From assembly GCA_973895155.1 (NCBI GenBank), contig OZ316898.1, positions 17,350,752-17,414,751 on the forward strand: 64,000 nucleotides of DNA, read 5' to 3'. The stretch is from Marsupella aquatica (Eukaryota; Plantae; Marchantiophyta). Each line of letters starts with the position of its first letter. Position 1 is the first letter of the stretch. The notes beneath the pieces were generated by a model that saw nothing but the letters and a program-made list of their open reading frames with translations, had not been told where the DNA came from and made no database searches. The translations under genes were made by a program, and so were the position numbers. This document shows, in pieces, positions 49,796 to 62,225 of the stretch.

Positions 49796-52269
49796 TCATA
49801 TTGTCCCTTTGTATTTAATTTGTATTGAAGGGTATGGACTATAACCCCCTTGCCAGCTGGACCCAAAGATTCCTGCAGTTCGATCTCTTGTTACTCTGTG
49901 GACTAGGGACATGACACCTCCCAAGCTTAGTTTTTTCTAAACTAGTCAGGTTTGAACTTGGTCATGGATATAAAATCATCCTAAGTATGTAGGGGCCTAC
50001 AATTATTGTGGGGGTGGACTTGGCAAGTTGATAATCACCTTCCATCTTGAAGCATTTTCACCAGTGGCCGAGGTCCATTCACATCGGGCATCCGGCAGAG
50101 ATGGAATCCTTTGGGTAAGGAGATTGAATTAAAAGATTAACGGCCAACCCGCATGTCCAGATCTTTCAGAATGCGGCCCTTACCACTTGCGCCAGTTTCA
50201 GAAAAAGCAGCATCAACTCGACAATTGTGGCTTGTACATGTTGTGTTTGCCAAGGGGCTAGTGTCCCTGCTGTGTCGTATGTGCAGCATATTATACAAGG
50301 CTGCACAAAACTGTGAACTTTCAAATTTTGGTTTATTTGCTAAACAAAGGTCGGGGCCTGCAAGGGCCAGAACTTTTCCGGCCCTTGCCCTTGTGTGCCC
50401 ATAAGACCTGCCGTCAGGCCTGTCTAATGAGTGGGATACGGCATGGCAGTATCATCAACTCTAACAATGACATGTAGCAGTTTCAGGGCCGCTTTCTGAA
50501 GGGCCGATAGCATGCAAGTTGGCCCTAAACCTCAACAATGTGGTCCACCCTTGACAAGTGGAGATGCGGCAGCAAACCGGAGGAGGCAAAGCAAGTTGGG
50601 GTAGGAGCACCAAATCTCAAGGTTTGGAAAGCATGTTGTGGTTAGGGTAGAGTACATCAATGACCATCTTATGGTGAACCGTGCCAAAAACTGACCATTA
50701 ATAATATTGTTTCAACTTAACCACAGTTACTTGTTGTGGTTAGGATAGAGTACATCAACAATCATCTGATGGTGGAACATGCCAGAAATTGTCCTCAATA
50801 TAGTTTCAAGCTAACCACAATTACTTTGCTTTAAACCACAATTGCACCTATAATGAGGTGCAAGTAGCTCTCATTATAAAATCTACAATTTAGGTTTCAC
50901 CAGGAATGTGCTTGAGCTCCACAAAAGGTGGTGACTGCTGCACTTTTTATGGTGAGGACACTGTTCACCACATGACACGAATGAGAGGCCTTTGATATCG
51001 AGCACGTGTGATTTAACAACTCTAGAAAAACATGACAAAGTAATAATTAAACTATAAAAAGAATGATAAAGTATCTATTTGAACAGAGAAGTGTGTGACA
51101 ATGAACTAAATGTCAGGAGTATGGAAAATGGAAAAAGCAAACCATCATTTGCGAACCGAAAACCCTTCATTTCCTTTCTATTCTCTCTCTCGCTCTCTCT
51201 CTCTCTCAATTGTCGCTCTCAATTCTGTGCTCGCTGTGGAAAACCAAAGCGATTCATTCCTTCTCGTCCCTCTGCTGCTCTCTGGCTCCGCTTTGGAATC
51301 CAATCCCCTCTCACTATTTAGAGAGCAGGCAGCAGAGCGAACCCGTCGAGCCTCTTCTTTCCATTCCAATTCCAACGAATTGCCCAAATCCTCTCGATTC
51401 GCCGGGAGCAGCGAGAACCAGCCAGCCCTAAATCCTCTCCCTTGTGCCTAGTTTTCATCGGTAGCTCTGCCTTGAATCAGTCCGGCGCTCATGATTTTGG
51501 ATTTCGCCGAGCGATGGTCCGGAGGCGGTGCTCCAGCGGTTTAGTAGTGGATCATGCACTCTGTTTGTCACGCGCTTTATGTGGCGGAATTGGTGGTTAG
51601 GGATGTTTCCGTGTGGTCGTCTGATTTCCATGCTGGCATGAATGGACGGATTGTGGGTGATCTCCCAGAGTGGATTTGATCTTCTGCTTCGAGTGCTGGA
51701 GGAGGCGGATCTATGGAGGTGCACAATTGGTTTATCTCCGGGGCGCCTGATTCTCTGTTAGCAGGCGATCCTGTCGATCGTTTGGCTTTCTCTGGAACGA
51801 ATCGGAGCGGAACGGAAGTTTGTCTGCTCCTCGATCTGTGTTTCTAAATGCCCTGCCGAAGAAATTTGGAGGATAGGAGGTTCAGAGCCGAGGTTGAACA
51901 TGAAGTGGCCGATGGCAGCCTGCCAGTTCAGCACTTCGACGTCAACGCGCTCCGGAATTCCGCGGTATATGGGACGTGGCGGTGGAGATACTCGGATGTG
52001 GGACATGTATGTTGAGTATGCGGGTGAGCACTGAGAATCGTCTGTGGATTCGTTCATTGTGTCTGTAAGCGTCGGGCGATGAATCAATTAGTTCTTTGCT
52101 CCACGAAGATAGAGGTCTTGAATCTCTCTTTGCTCGCGGAATTTGTTCTAGAAGATACATTTTCTTTCTGGCTGACCTACATTTCTTTTTGCTCCTTATG
52201 CTCAGCTCAGCTCACCTCAGCTCACCTCACCTCTAGGCGAATTGCTTTTTGTTGTCTGCGGTAATGCAG

Positions 52270-55200
52270 ACATTGCAGCAGCAGATGAGCCCCTCGGTCG
52301 CATCAAAGCACGGCTTGCTGCTCTGTCAGCTTTTGCTGAGTCACAAGGTTTAACAGGGTATGAACCTCAGTTGCGAAAACTGCGTCTTAGCTGCTCTGCT
52401 GGTTCCGTCCACACGTTTGTTTCTCTTCTCACATCCTGCTTGAGATTGGAGAGCCTTCATCAGAAAGAAATGTGATTGACTCGTTCGTTCCTCCTTCTTC
52501 AACCCCTTTCGTTGAAGGAGAATGTGATGAGGGCGAAGTGATGTAATTCCATGGTCGAAGTGATGGTTGAATCTTATCAATAAATTTTAAATATTGCTAA
52601 AACAGTGAGAATTATTGCCACGAATTGTAAAACAGTACGTAATGTAAAAGCAGCGATTGTTTAGATTTTTGATTAGTCCTGGCAGTAGTCTTCAGTACAC
52701 AGTTTTTTTAAAGCACATCGTTTTGATCTTTTCGTCTTTCAACACCCGTCCTGCTGCCTATCGCAGGCAGGCAGCTTTTGATGGACTTCGTCGCCTCAAT
52801 ATTGATCTGAACGGAGAGGTAATTGTTGTCCCACTTTGGATCTTAGAATTCGTTACCGGTTTTCAAAACTGTCGAAGTTCAACGAGGTGATATTGTGGAC
52901 AAATAGGGATGTCACACAGGGATAGGGACTACGAACAGCAGGACGCCCTAATCTCAGACCTTGTGTCCATCCCTCAATGCAATTGGCAAGTCCGTACCGC
53001 ATCATCTATATTCGTGCCGGGGTTTTGAGTGGTTTCTCTAAAAGGCTCCTAGTTTCTCAACTTGTTCAATGTCAGCAACACTTCTTTCTCATTATCGTGC
53101 ATCTCCGAAGAGGATTTTGGGACTCTTGTAGGTATTGTGTAGAGAAAATTGTTTTGAATTTGGATCTCCATGCTATGATTGCAGCTGATGGATACTCGAC
53201 GGTTTTCTTTCTTCTACCGCTTTGTCTTCTTTATGTGCCGAGAACGAGGGCAAAAGAGTATTCGTGAGTCTTTACTGTGCTCGGGGCTCTTTGCAGTACT
53301 GTTTGCCTTTTATGTACTTCGTGGTTTGGTTGTTTGGGACGGTACTGTACTTAGTTTCTGGTTGGTTGGCTAATATCATCAGAGGAGTTGGTGCGAGGGT
53401 CTGTGTTTTCGTCGGCTTTGTGGATACGTTCACCAATTTTTTTCCTTGATCATGCAGCTGTAAATACTGCCGTGGATGCTTGGAGGCTAGCATTAACTGG
53501 TCGGTTCAGATTATTGGAACAGTGGTGTGCATTTGTGAAGGTAAGTTTTATTTACCAAAGAGGGTTCGTTCTTGCAAGAATTGCAAGGGTTGACCTTTTT
53601 AATACAAATTTGGTTTTGATACATGGTCTCGCTATACTTCTTCTCTACTTTAAGTAATTGTTATCTGTCATTTTGATAGAACTACTTGAAGTCCTGGTTT
53701 GGTATTTCACATCAAAATGGAAGTATCGGGGGTTACTTCTTACTACCATCCTTAGCTGGGTTAGCTTTTCTAACATTGATCAAATTATTGCTCTAAGTTA
53801 CAAAATTTGGGTCAATGTTCCAGATTCATCAGCGGCATTCCATCTCCGAGGACACATGGTGTCAAGTTTTGGAGTTCAGCAGGAGTGTACATGAAGATTT
53901 AAGCAATTATGATCCTGAAGGTCAGCACTTTGTAAGACCAGCATACAGGAGTCTCAAGATGTCCTCTTGAAATCAAGAAAGCAGGGGATAAGTGTATCTG
54001 GACGGATTACTGCGAGGTTGTCTTGTAGTGCTTTCATATGTTATGCCAGTAATTTGCATTATAAGAACGAGATCCACGATTCTAAGACGCTTCTTTACTT
54101 GTGGTGCTTCAGGTGCCTGGCCGGTGCTTGTAGATGAGTTTGTTGACAAGATGTATAGGTACGTTGTTGAATGTCGATCTGGGGTTCTCACGTTGCAGTA
54201 CTCTTGGTCAAAACATAACATGATTGCTTCAGTAGCGAGGACAAAGTCTGTACTAGCAATGGCAGCGGGTGCTAAATTTGTGAAATCATCCCTTGCAATG
54301 TGCAGTTCAGAGTCCACAGTTCTAGGTGACACTGACGGAGATTCGCCTACAAAGGTATCTCCCGATGATGACCCTACAGTCAGTGCTCCAGCAAGCAAAG
54401 CAACAACCTTACCAGGTCAGCTGCGTTTCGCACAACGCTTCTCCACTCACGTATTGAACGTCTTACCGAGTACGACCTAAATACTGTCCAGTCTGATGTG
54501 GTCCGTGAGGAAAATAATACTGCTTTTGTGCCTGGGCGACGAGTCGCAAATAGGGCTTATTGGACAACAGCCTATTTCTTTAATCTCTAAGAGCCGAGCT
54601 TATTGGACAACAGCCTATTTCTTTAATTCTGTACCTTGGCAAACTCGAAGACCCTGGATGCAAGTCCTGAAGGTATACAGCGTTGAGAAAACAGCGTCAC
54701 AATTTTGGAAAATCTACAGTGACCACATTCCCTATCGATATTTTTTCCTTGGTCATCAGCTAAGAACAGATACACCCACTCAGCACTGTCCTGCCCTTAG
54801 GATCGAAGGGGCACGGTGCTCAACTTCTGTCCTCCACGTTACAATAGAATTACTGTCCCTAAGACGACTAAGAGTTCTTCGAGGGTGCTCTCACTCACGA
54901 TTGTTGACTTAAATGGATTTCCAATTTTGGCAGGAATGGCAGCTTCAGCTGGAAGCAAACGGCGTCGCAGGGATCCTAAAGATGATGCAGCTCAAGTGGA
55001 ATCAGTAAACTCAATAGCTCAACTGTTTGCCGAAATGCCTAGTCCAGTGTCCTATAAACGGGTTCGGTCAACTGGTTGCTTAGTTGATGTTCATGACCCA
55101 ATGGACGAGGGCTTTGAACAGAACACGATTTGGGAACCTCGGGACCAATCAAATGCTGCCGATGACGAAATGTTACCGGGGAACGTTCATGGATCTCCGG

Positions 55201-55394
55201 TTGGTAGCAATCCAATGGGCAGTTGTGAGGTCCTGTCTTCTCAAATATCCCCGGCTTCATTTCCGCATTGGTCAAAATCCACCGAAAGGGGATTAGGACC
55301 TTCCCCAGATGTCACTGTGAACAGCGGCCCTGATTCCCCGGATGGCATTCTCGTTTATCCGTCACATACACACCCTTTAGAGTCACTTCATTGA
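52270..55394 (+). CDS. Unidentified spliced gene; exon model tentative
   Basis: AG/GT-bounded open segments at ~52270-52400, ~52767-52886, ~54066-54414 and ~54934-55394 (KRRRR NLS-like motif, Ser/Pro-rich tail); CT-rich leader at ~51180. The start codon is not resolved. Confidence 0.45.
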
Positions 55395-56199
55395 ATGCAT
55401 TTCATTGATGGATTTCATTGATGACACATTCAGCTTAGGTAGCAATTTTTTGGTATTGGCTTTCGGGCAGTATCATAGACTAGGCAGATTGTACAGTCAC
55501 TACAAACGAAGCCAATTAGAATCACTATAGAGGGTAGGAGGTGTGAAATGGGTGACAAAGCTCCCATCACACGGTGAACGGCGCATGTGTTTGGAGAGGC
55601 CTCGCTCAGTAGATTGCAATGGTCTGTATCAAGCACATGAGGTAGGATATGGTAGGAAAGAGAGGATGAGAGGAACCGTGAAACAAATTCAGTGGCAAGA
55701 CATGCATGATGTAGGCTTTGCCCAATGGTATAGATGACAAGGATCCAGAATGGGAAGAAGGATGTTGAAACCTGTCTGGAGATTTTTCTCTATTGAGGTT
55801 TAGAATTTTGGGTCTTTCCACCAGAATTTTTTGCAAGGTGTGGAAGAAATCCTTGCAGACAAAGTGGAATGAGGCAGTTTGAGTCTTGAATATATATGGC
55901 CTTCACAAATGTACTGGACCCATAATGAATCGGTTTTTCTGTAGATTATTATAGTGACCTAGCCTAATGTACATATGGTGGCTCACCAGATCCAAATGTT
56001 TTGAAATCTAGGAAGATCTAACCAGCTATACCCGTAGACCCATTTGTTGGTAAAATCTTAAGAGAATCTCCCTTCTCAAAGAGCAGGTTGCCACCTTACC
56101 TCCTTCCCCAACTTTACCTCCCCCAACTTCAAGAAACTTCCCCAATTTATAGTTTCACTAGAAGGAGCCAAACCGTGACCAAAAAAACAAGCGTGATCA

Positions 56200-57117
56200 T
56201 CATTTAACATATATTATACCCATGAGTCCTTAACATATATTATACCCATGAGTCCTTCCGGCCATGAAGTTATGGTCTAGAAGTTTCACTCTAGAAGTTT
56301 AGACTTCAACTCTAATTTAGGGGTGGGGTCCAGAAGTTTCACTCTAGAAGTCTAGACTTCAACTCTAATTTGGGGTCCAGACTTTATAACTAAAATATGA
56401 CCTGGAGACCCAGTATTATCATTTATCATACATTATACCCATGAGTCTTTCTAGCCATAGAGTTATGGTCTAGAGGCTTCATTCTAGAAGCCTAGACCTC
56501 AACTCTAATTTGGGGTTCAGACTTTATAACTAAAATATGACCTGGAGACCCAATATTATCATTTAACATACATTATACCCATGAGTCTTTCTAGCCATAG
56601 AGTTATGGTCTAGAGGCTTCATTCTAGAAGCCTAGACCTCAACTCTAATTTGGGGTTCAGACTTTATAGCTAAAATATGACCTGGAGACCCAATATTATC
56701 ATTTAACATACATTATACCTATGAGTCTTTCTAGCCATAGAGTTATGGTCTAGAGGCTTCATTCTAGAAGCCTAAACCTCAACTTTAATTTGGGGTTCAG
56801 ACTTTATAGCTAAAATATGACCTGGAGACCCAATATTATCATTTAACATACATTATACCCATGAGTCTGTCTAGCCATAGAGTTATGGTCTAGAGGCTTC
56901 ATTCTAGAAGCCTAGACTTCAACTCTAATTTGGGGTTCAGACTTTATAACTAAAATATGACCTGGAGACCCAATATTATCATTTAACATACATTATACCC
57001 ATGAGTCTTTCTAGCCATAGAGTTATGGTCTAGAGGCTTCATTCTAGAAGCCTAGACCTCAACTCTAATTTGGGGTTCAGACTTTATAACTAAAATATGA
57101 CCTGGAGACCCAATATT
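56200..57117. repeat. 140-bp tandem array: five near-identical units plus degenerate leading units
   Basis: Units begin CATTATACC at 56431, 56571, 56711, 56851 and 56991, an exact 140-bp period. Confidence 0.97.
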
Positions 57118-60021
57118 AACGTACCCAAAATCTCATGGGGCATCATGGGGTCCATCAAGTATTACTTTTCAATCTAGGGGTCCATCAAGTATATCTCTTT
57201 GTCCCTACTCATTCAGACAGTCTTCAAAAGTGTTTTCCTTTATTCCTTTTCTTATGAAGAAAAAAGAGAAACCTTAAGACTTGGAACCAGCTTGCAGGGA
57301 AAATCTTCAGTTTCATATTTTGACAGTTGTATATAATTCTTATCATCAGCCACTAAGCACTATTCAATCAGATTTTAACCTTTGAGTGGGTGACTGGTTT
57401 GGTGTACAATAGTTGAGATAGAACCATTGAGATACACAGTTTGACTAGTGTACTGATTCACATTTTGGGTCCTGAGGAAATATTTGAGCTACCTTATCTG
57501 ATTGATGTGGACGATGGAGCTAAGGGGAAGAGTTCATCATGCATCAAATGTAAATAAACAAAGCCTAAATACTATGACCAGAAGGTGTATGCTTCAACCT
57601 TGGAGTGTCCAGGTCATGATGGATATAGCCACTTGGATTGAAGCTCTCGCTGTGTTCTATGTACACTGATCAGTCTTACATCTAAAATGAGGAATTGCTT
57701 GGTGATGGCTTGAGAGCTGAACTTCAAGGTTCTCAGAGAAATGTGGGTCTGTCTCATGAGCCGTTGTTTTTGTTAGTTGCAGCGAAATCTTTCCGTTTGG
57801 GCAGCAATTTCATTGAGCCATCCTGGTTTGTGCAAATAATAAATTCTAATTAAATGTTCGGCTAGACTAGCAAAATATTGTGGGGTTCTTGGGGTTCTTT
57901 GAAAGAATTTGTCATACAAGTTCCTTGAATTTAAATGGTAACCACTGACTTTTTAATGTTAACATTGCTCGTAGAAGTGAAAAATTAAAACAGAAGAAAA
58001 TCCAAGAAAATATTTAACTGCATGCCAAATGTCTTGACATGTACGGGGATGGGGCGATGAGCACAGGACAAATCCAGGAAGAACGATAGTATCGAGGCTC
58101 AATTATGAATATTGCACACTTACCAGCCCTCTTCTTCCACTGCCTGCAAAAAGTGCGCACACTCACCAGCCTTCTCCACTTTTGCCTGTGGGATCATGTC
58201 TTCCAGTTGGGCGCACTCTGTTTTTTGGCAGTTTGAAGTATACTATTCCTCCACTGCCTGAAAAAATTGAGCAGCCATGAAATTTTCTAAGTGCCAAAAG
58301 AAGTGAACAAACCCCACTGTTGGGTGGAGTTTGTGTCAAAAGAAAGTCAGAGCATACCAGATTCCAACTTCACACCTGCCTGGCCCAACTCTGTTCGTCT
58401 ACCAGTCATCCAGCATCTAGTCCATATTTACCCTCATTTTGGACCTTGTACTTCTATCAACATCAGGGTCCAGCAATGGCCACAGGCAGCAGCTCCTGTA
58501 GTCATACATGATTGTACATTAATGTGCATCCATATTGTCAATTATGTTACATTAGGATAGGACAGGACATGAGGTTGGCTCTGACACTGCCATAATATGC
58601 CATAAAGGCACTTCCAGGGCTATATCCCTGAAATATAATTAGGGTATGCCATGGCATGGATGCTTGGAGTGTCCACTTTATTATGGCTTAGATGCAAGAA
58701 CCACAGTTGATTCTTTCTGACCATGTGAGATATGACACTGAAAAATAGATGCACAATTTGGTGCATGTATCCAACATCCAATCATGTAATCCACTCAAAT
58801 GTCCCCACTTTTGCCCCGCACAAGTGCTCACACACAAAAACAATTCCGATGCTACAATTAAGCACAACGGATGGTTGAGAATTTATTGGGTGACTTGAAT
58901 TTTCTCAAAATTTCAGATTAACGAAGGTTTGTAAGAGGACCCATAATGACTTATGCTAGTAGTCATCCACTTTCAATAACTAAGAGTGCACCTTCTATGC
59001 ACATAAAGTAAGAGCAAGAGCAGATTTTAGTGGAGACATTGCATATTAAAGCTAACTGGTTCATGCATAGATGCAAAACAAAGACCATTAGGTTTGCCTA
59101 CTCGTTTGCCCCTACTTGTCTTCGTTAATCAGGAGTGTTCATAAACATAATATCCCATTTTTCCAATGTGCTGAGCTTAGCTCGTGGCACTAAGCAAGCT
59201 GCATATCTTGCATAAATCAAGGAGTAGTCCAGTTAAACTCCTAGAAGCTTTACCATCCGTTTTCCATTTCCAATACAATCTATCCAGTGATATTTGCCTT
59301 CATGTCTGATAGTTGTCCTTCAAACAGGAACAGATACCTACCCAAAGGAATTAAATGACAAAAAACATGCGCTCATCTTGATCGCCAAGCACTAATAGAC
59401 TTTGTTTATGTGAAATGGCTTTGCGTTAGTTTCCCTACTTAAGAGTTGAAAATTTAAGTGTCGTTTGTGTAACGCTGCCCATACTCCTCCATTTAGTAGT
59501 TAACAATTCCTAGTGAGCTTTTCCAAGAGACCACGTCTTGCTGCCTCATGACCGGCAGGTTAATTCAAGAAGCTTTGTCTCTTGCAGCAATGCTGCAATG
59601 CAATTTCTTCGTACGACATCTTGGGAGATATTGCTGCAACAAAGGTTACTTACAAGCCTTGCATGGTTCGTGACTAGACTGTCATACTTTGATAGACACT
59701 TTGAGATATCAAGAACACGATACGGAAAACTCTAGCTCCTGTTTCTATCGGCATACGTGGAGACACATGACAGATTCACTTTCTGGATTGTCTCACAAGC
59801 CAAACGAATTTAATTAAACTCTTGAGGAGCCCAAATGAGGGACATTTCCTCAAGTTCGAAGGTGACTCCCCCTTTGACGAAACTCTCCACCAAACGAAAC
59901 CCAATAGGATTCGGCAAAATTAATTGAGTAAACTAGATTACTACTCGTACAGATAGAAAAGGGAAATTTGTCCTAAAAGACTATGGAGGCCAAGCCTGCC
60001 TCCACGACTTGCCTTACACCA

Positions 60022-62225
60022 TTAGATGCCCTTGTTGTAGCGGACGTGGGTGATCTTATTGCCGAACCTGTCAATTTTGTTTCGAAATTCAGGTTCCAAC
60101 TTTTGTACATCAATGGTTGCGTGCTGATGAAACATACCGATGCACAGAGGTACGCAGACTTGAATGGAGCCTGCAATCATTGCCATTAGTGTTGGAGTCC
60201 CCAAATATGGCCTCTGCCTGTAAAGGCTAGTTTTCTCCAGCCTACATAGAAAAAACAGGACATTATTGCCAAAGATAAAAGTATGGTACGCTACTTTCAG
60301 AGAACAGATCAGTCAAGCACGTGCGTTAGTGCCATCACGTCGTTCTCCATGGCTAACACCTTGACCTGCTCTCACTGGCGAAAGACTGACTGACAGATTC
60401 AAACACTTGGTCCTTTCCAGTTACAATGTCATTCAGAACCTAGAGTCTAAAAAGTGATCTTGAGAACAAGAGCTACGCATGCTATTATTAGGCGTGGACC
60501 GATGGGAGGTAGGTACCTGTGTAAGACCAAAGGAGGGACAACCAAGATAGGGGCAGCAGCAGCAATCCGACCCATTATACAGGCACCAACTGCTCGTATG
60601 CCTGCCTTACGGCTATGGCCCAATTCATCCCCATTACTGTCGGACACTTTTATGCCTTCCAGGATCTCATTTCTGCGAGTTATGCCCAGATTTAGAAAGT
60701 CAGCTGCAGCTACTCCACAGAAGGGCACTATTCTCCTTGCTATCGGTTTCCTGGAAAGAAAAGAAAAGAGTTATTAGGCACATCATTCTCTCCGACGTCA
60801 CAAGAGAGTTTGAGAAGTGGGTAGACTAGAATTCGGCAGCCGTGCCTTGCAGTTCAAGTCCAAGTAGCTTCTCCCACCACAGCGGAGGGGCATTCCCCAA
60901 GGTACTCAACATGTGGAAGACTGGTTGTGCCCTCACTTCTCCACTTCTACAGCTTAGCTTTAAACTCCCGTCCTTCACGCCGACAGGAAATCTCAGGGTT
61001 TCAACTTTCAGTTAACAGGTTTTCAATCCTTTCTAATGGTCTAAATGAGAGATGTAACAACATCTCATCAAGCATTCTATACAATGCGGGCGGGGCAGTC
61101 ACCAGATTAGATTAGTGGGTTTTGAAAAATAACTGTCTGTAGATGATCTCTAGGAAATTGTCGAAAAGCAAGCCCTTTTGTCTGACAATCCTATCCAACC
61201 TTTGTTTTCAAACAGAGAGACGTCAGAGCCAAAATGAACACTGGTTCACATTGCCTAGTTGTCAAAGTTAAGAAATATAAATCAGGGAGACCAGGAAAGC
61301 ACCGAGCATAGGTCATGATCACTGGCAGTCCTCCCGTGGTGCAGTGAACAGTAATCATTGCAGGCCTTTTCCACTGCTTATTTAGACAGCTTCCTAGTTT
61401 GAGGGATTTCGAGCGCATATGGATCATCCATTGGGAAACACATTCGTCCGTCCACAAAAGAAAGCAATTTCACAGCCATTTGTTGCAGTTGCTTGCTTTC
61501 AATTTATGTTATCTCTTCTCATGTCTGTTCGCTACTCGAACAACTGCGCATTGGACCTTCTGTCCTTTCCTCAATTCAATTCAGTTTCAATTCCATTTCA
61601 AATCCACGGTCATACTTACGTCCGTTAGTGATTGGACGAAATTGGGCAGCTGAACTTCGCACACACAGTATCTATGCATTTTCTTTTTCCTGTTAGAACG
61701 CGTGAAGCGCATTCAAAGAGCGCTATCTGAGGTTATGACATACCAGGATTTGCCTTTGGGCACCCTGTCGACAAGGGCATGGAGACCCATGACTGTTCCA
61801 ACAGAACTGGCTGTAGCGCCCACGTAGGCTTCGAAGATCTTAGTCACACCTTCCTCGTTGGATGCATTCCGATTAGCGTAGTAGTGCAAACAGTTGTAGG
61901 TCTGGTTGAGCCACTGGGCGCCTACATTCTGCGTGAAGCCTCTTGCAGACAGCATCAGAGTATCCAATATGAGATTGCAGGGTATTATAAAAGACAGTCT
62001 CAGAGGAAGAAAGATCTTCTCTCCTGTGTCTGGGTGGATCGCAGCATCCTTAATCTTCCGAGCTTTCTCAAGCTGCTTGGAAGGTATGTCTGTCTTTCTG
62101 CCTTCGTCATAGGCCTTCAACAATTCCACAGCAGCATCCACATTCGCATCTGTGACAAACGCAGTTCTAATGTCCATCATGTTGAAGATCCTCTGCACCC
62201 TTGCCCAGTACGTCCCTTCGTCCAT
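60022..62225 (-). CDS. SFXN: Sideroflexin (SLC56 / Mtc mitochondrial carrier), 311 aa, 3 exons
   Basis: Exons 62225-61744, 60750-60517 and 60241-60022 (936 nt, phases compatible). Family motifs: TYWARV, AIHPDTGEKIFLPLRLS, QWLNQTYN...YANRNAS, VPFCGVAAA, R.NE..EGI.V, G.SRKAG, LEPE and YNKGI-stop. Confidence 0.95.

Noticed and set aside
56200-57117. CRISPR-like array (regular period, palindromic core)
   Set aside because: Whole 140-bp units are repeated with no unique spacers, no cas genes are present, and the context is eukaryotic.
58000-58860. Minus-strand Cys-rich fragments (RNCFC..., PSIHAMAY) suggesting a decayed transposase
   Set aside because: Too fragmented to assign a family; no termini or TSD found.
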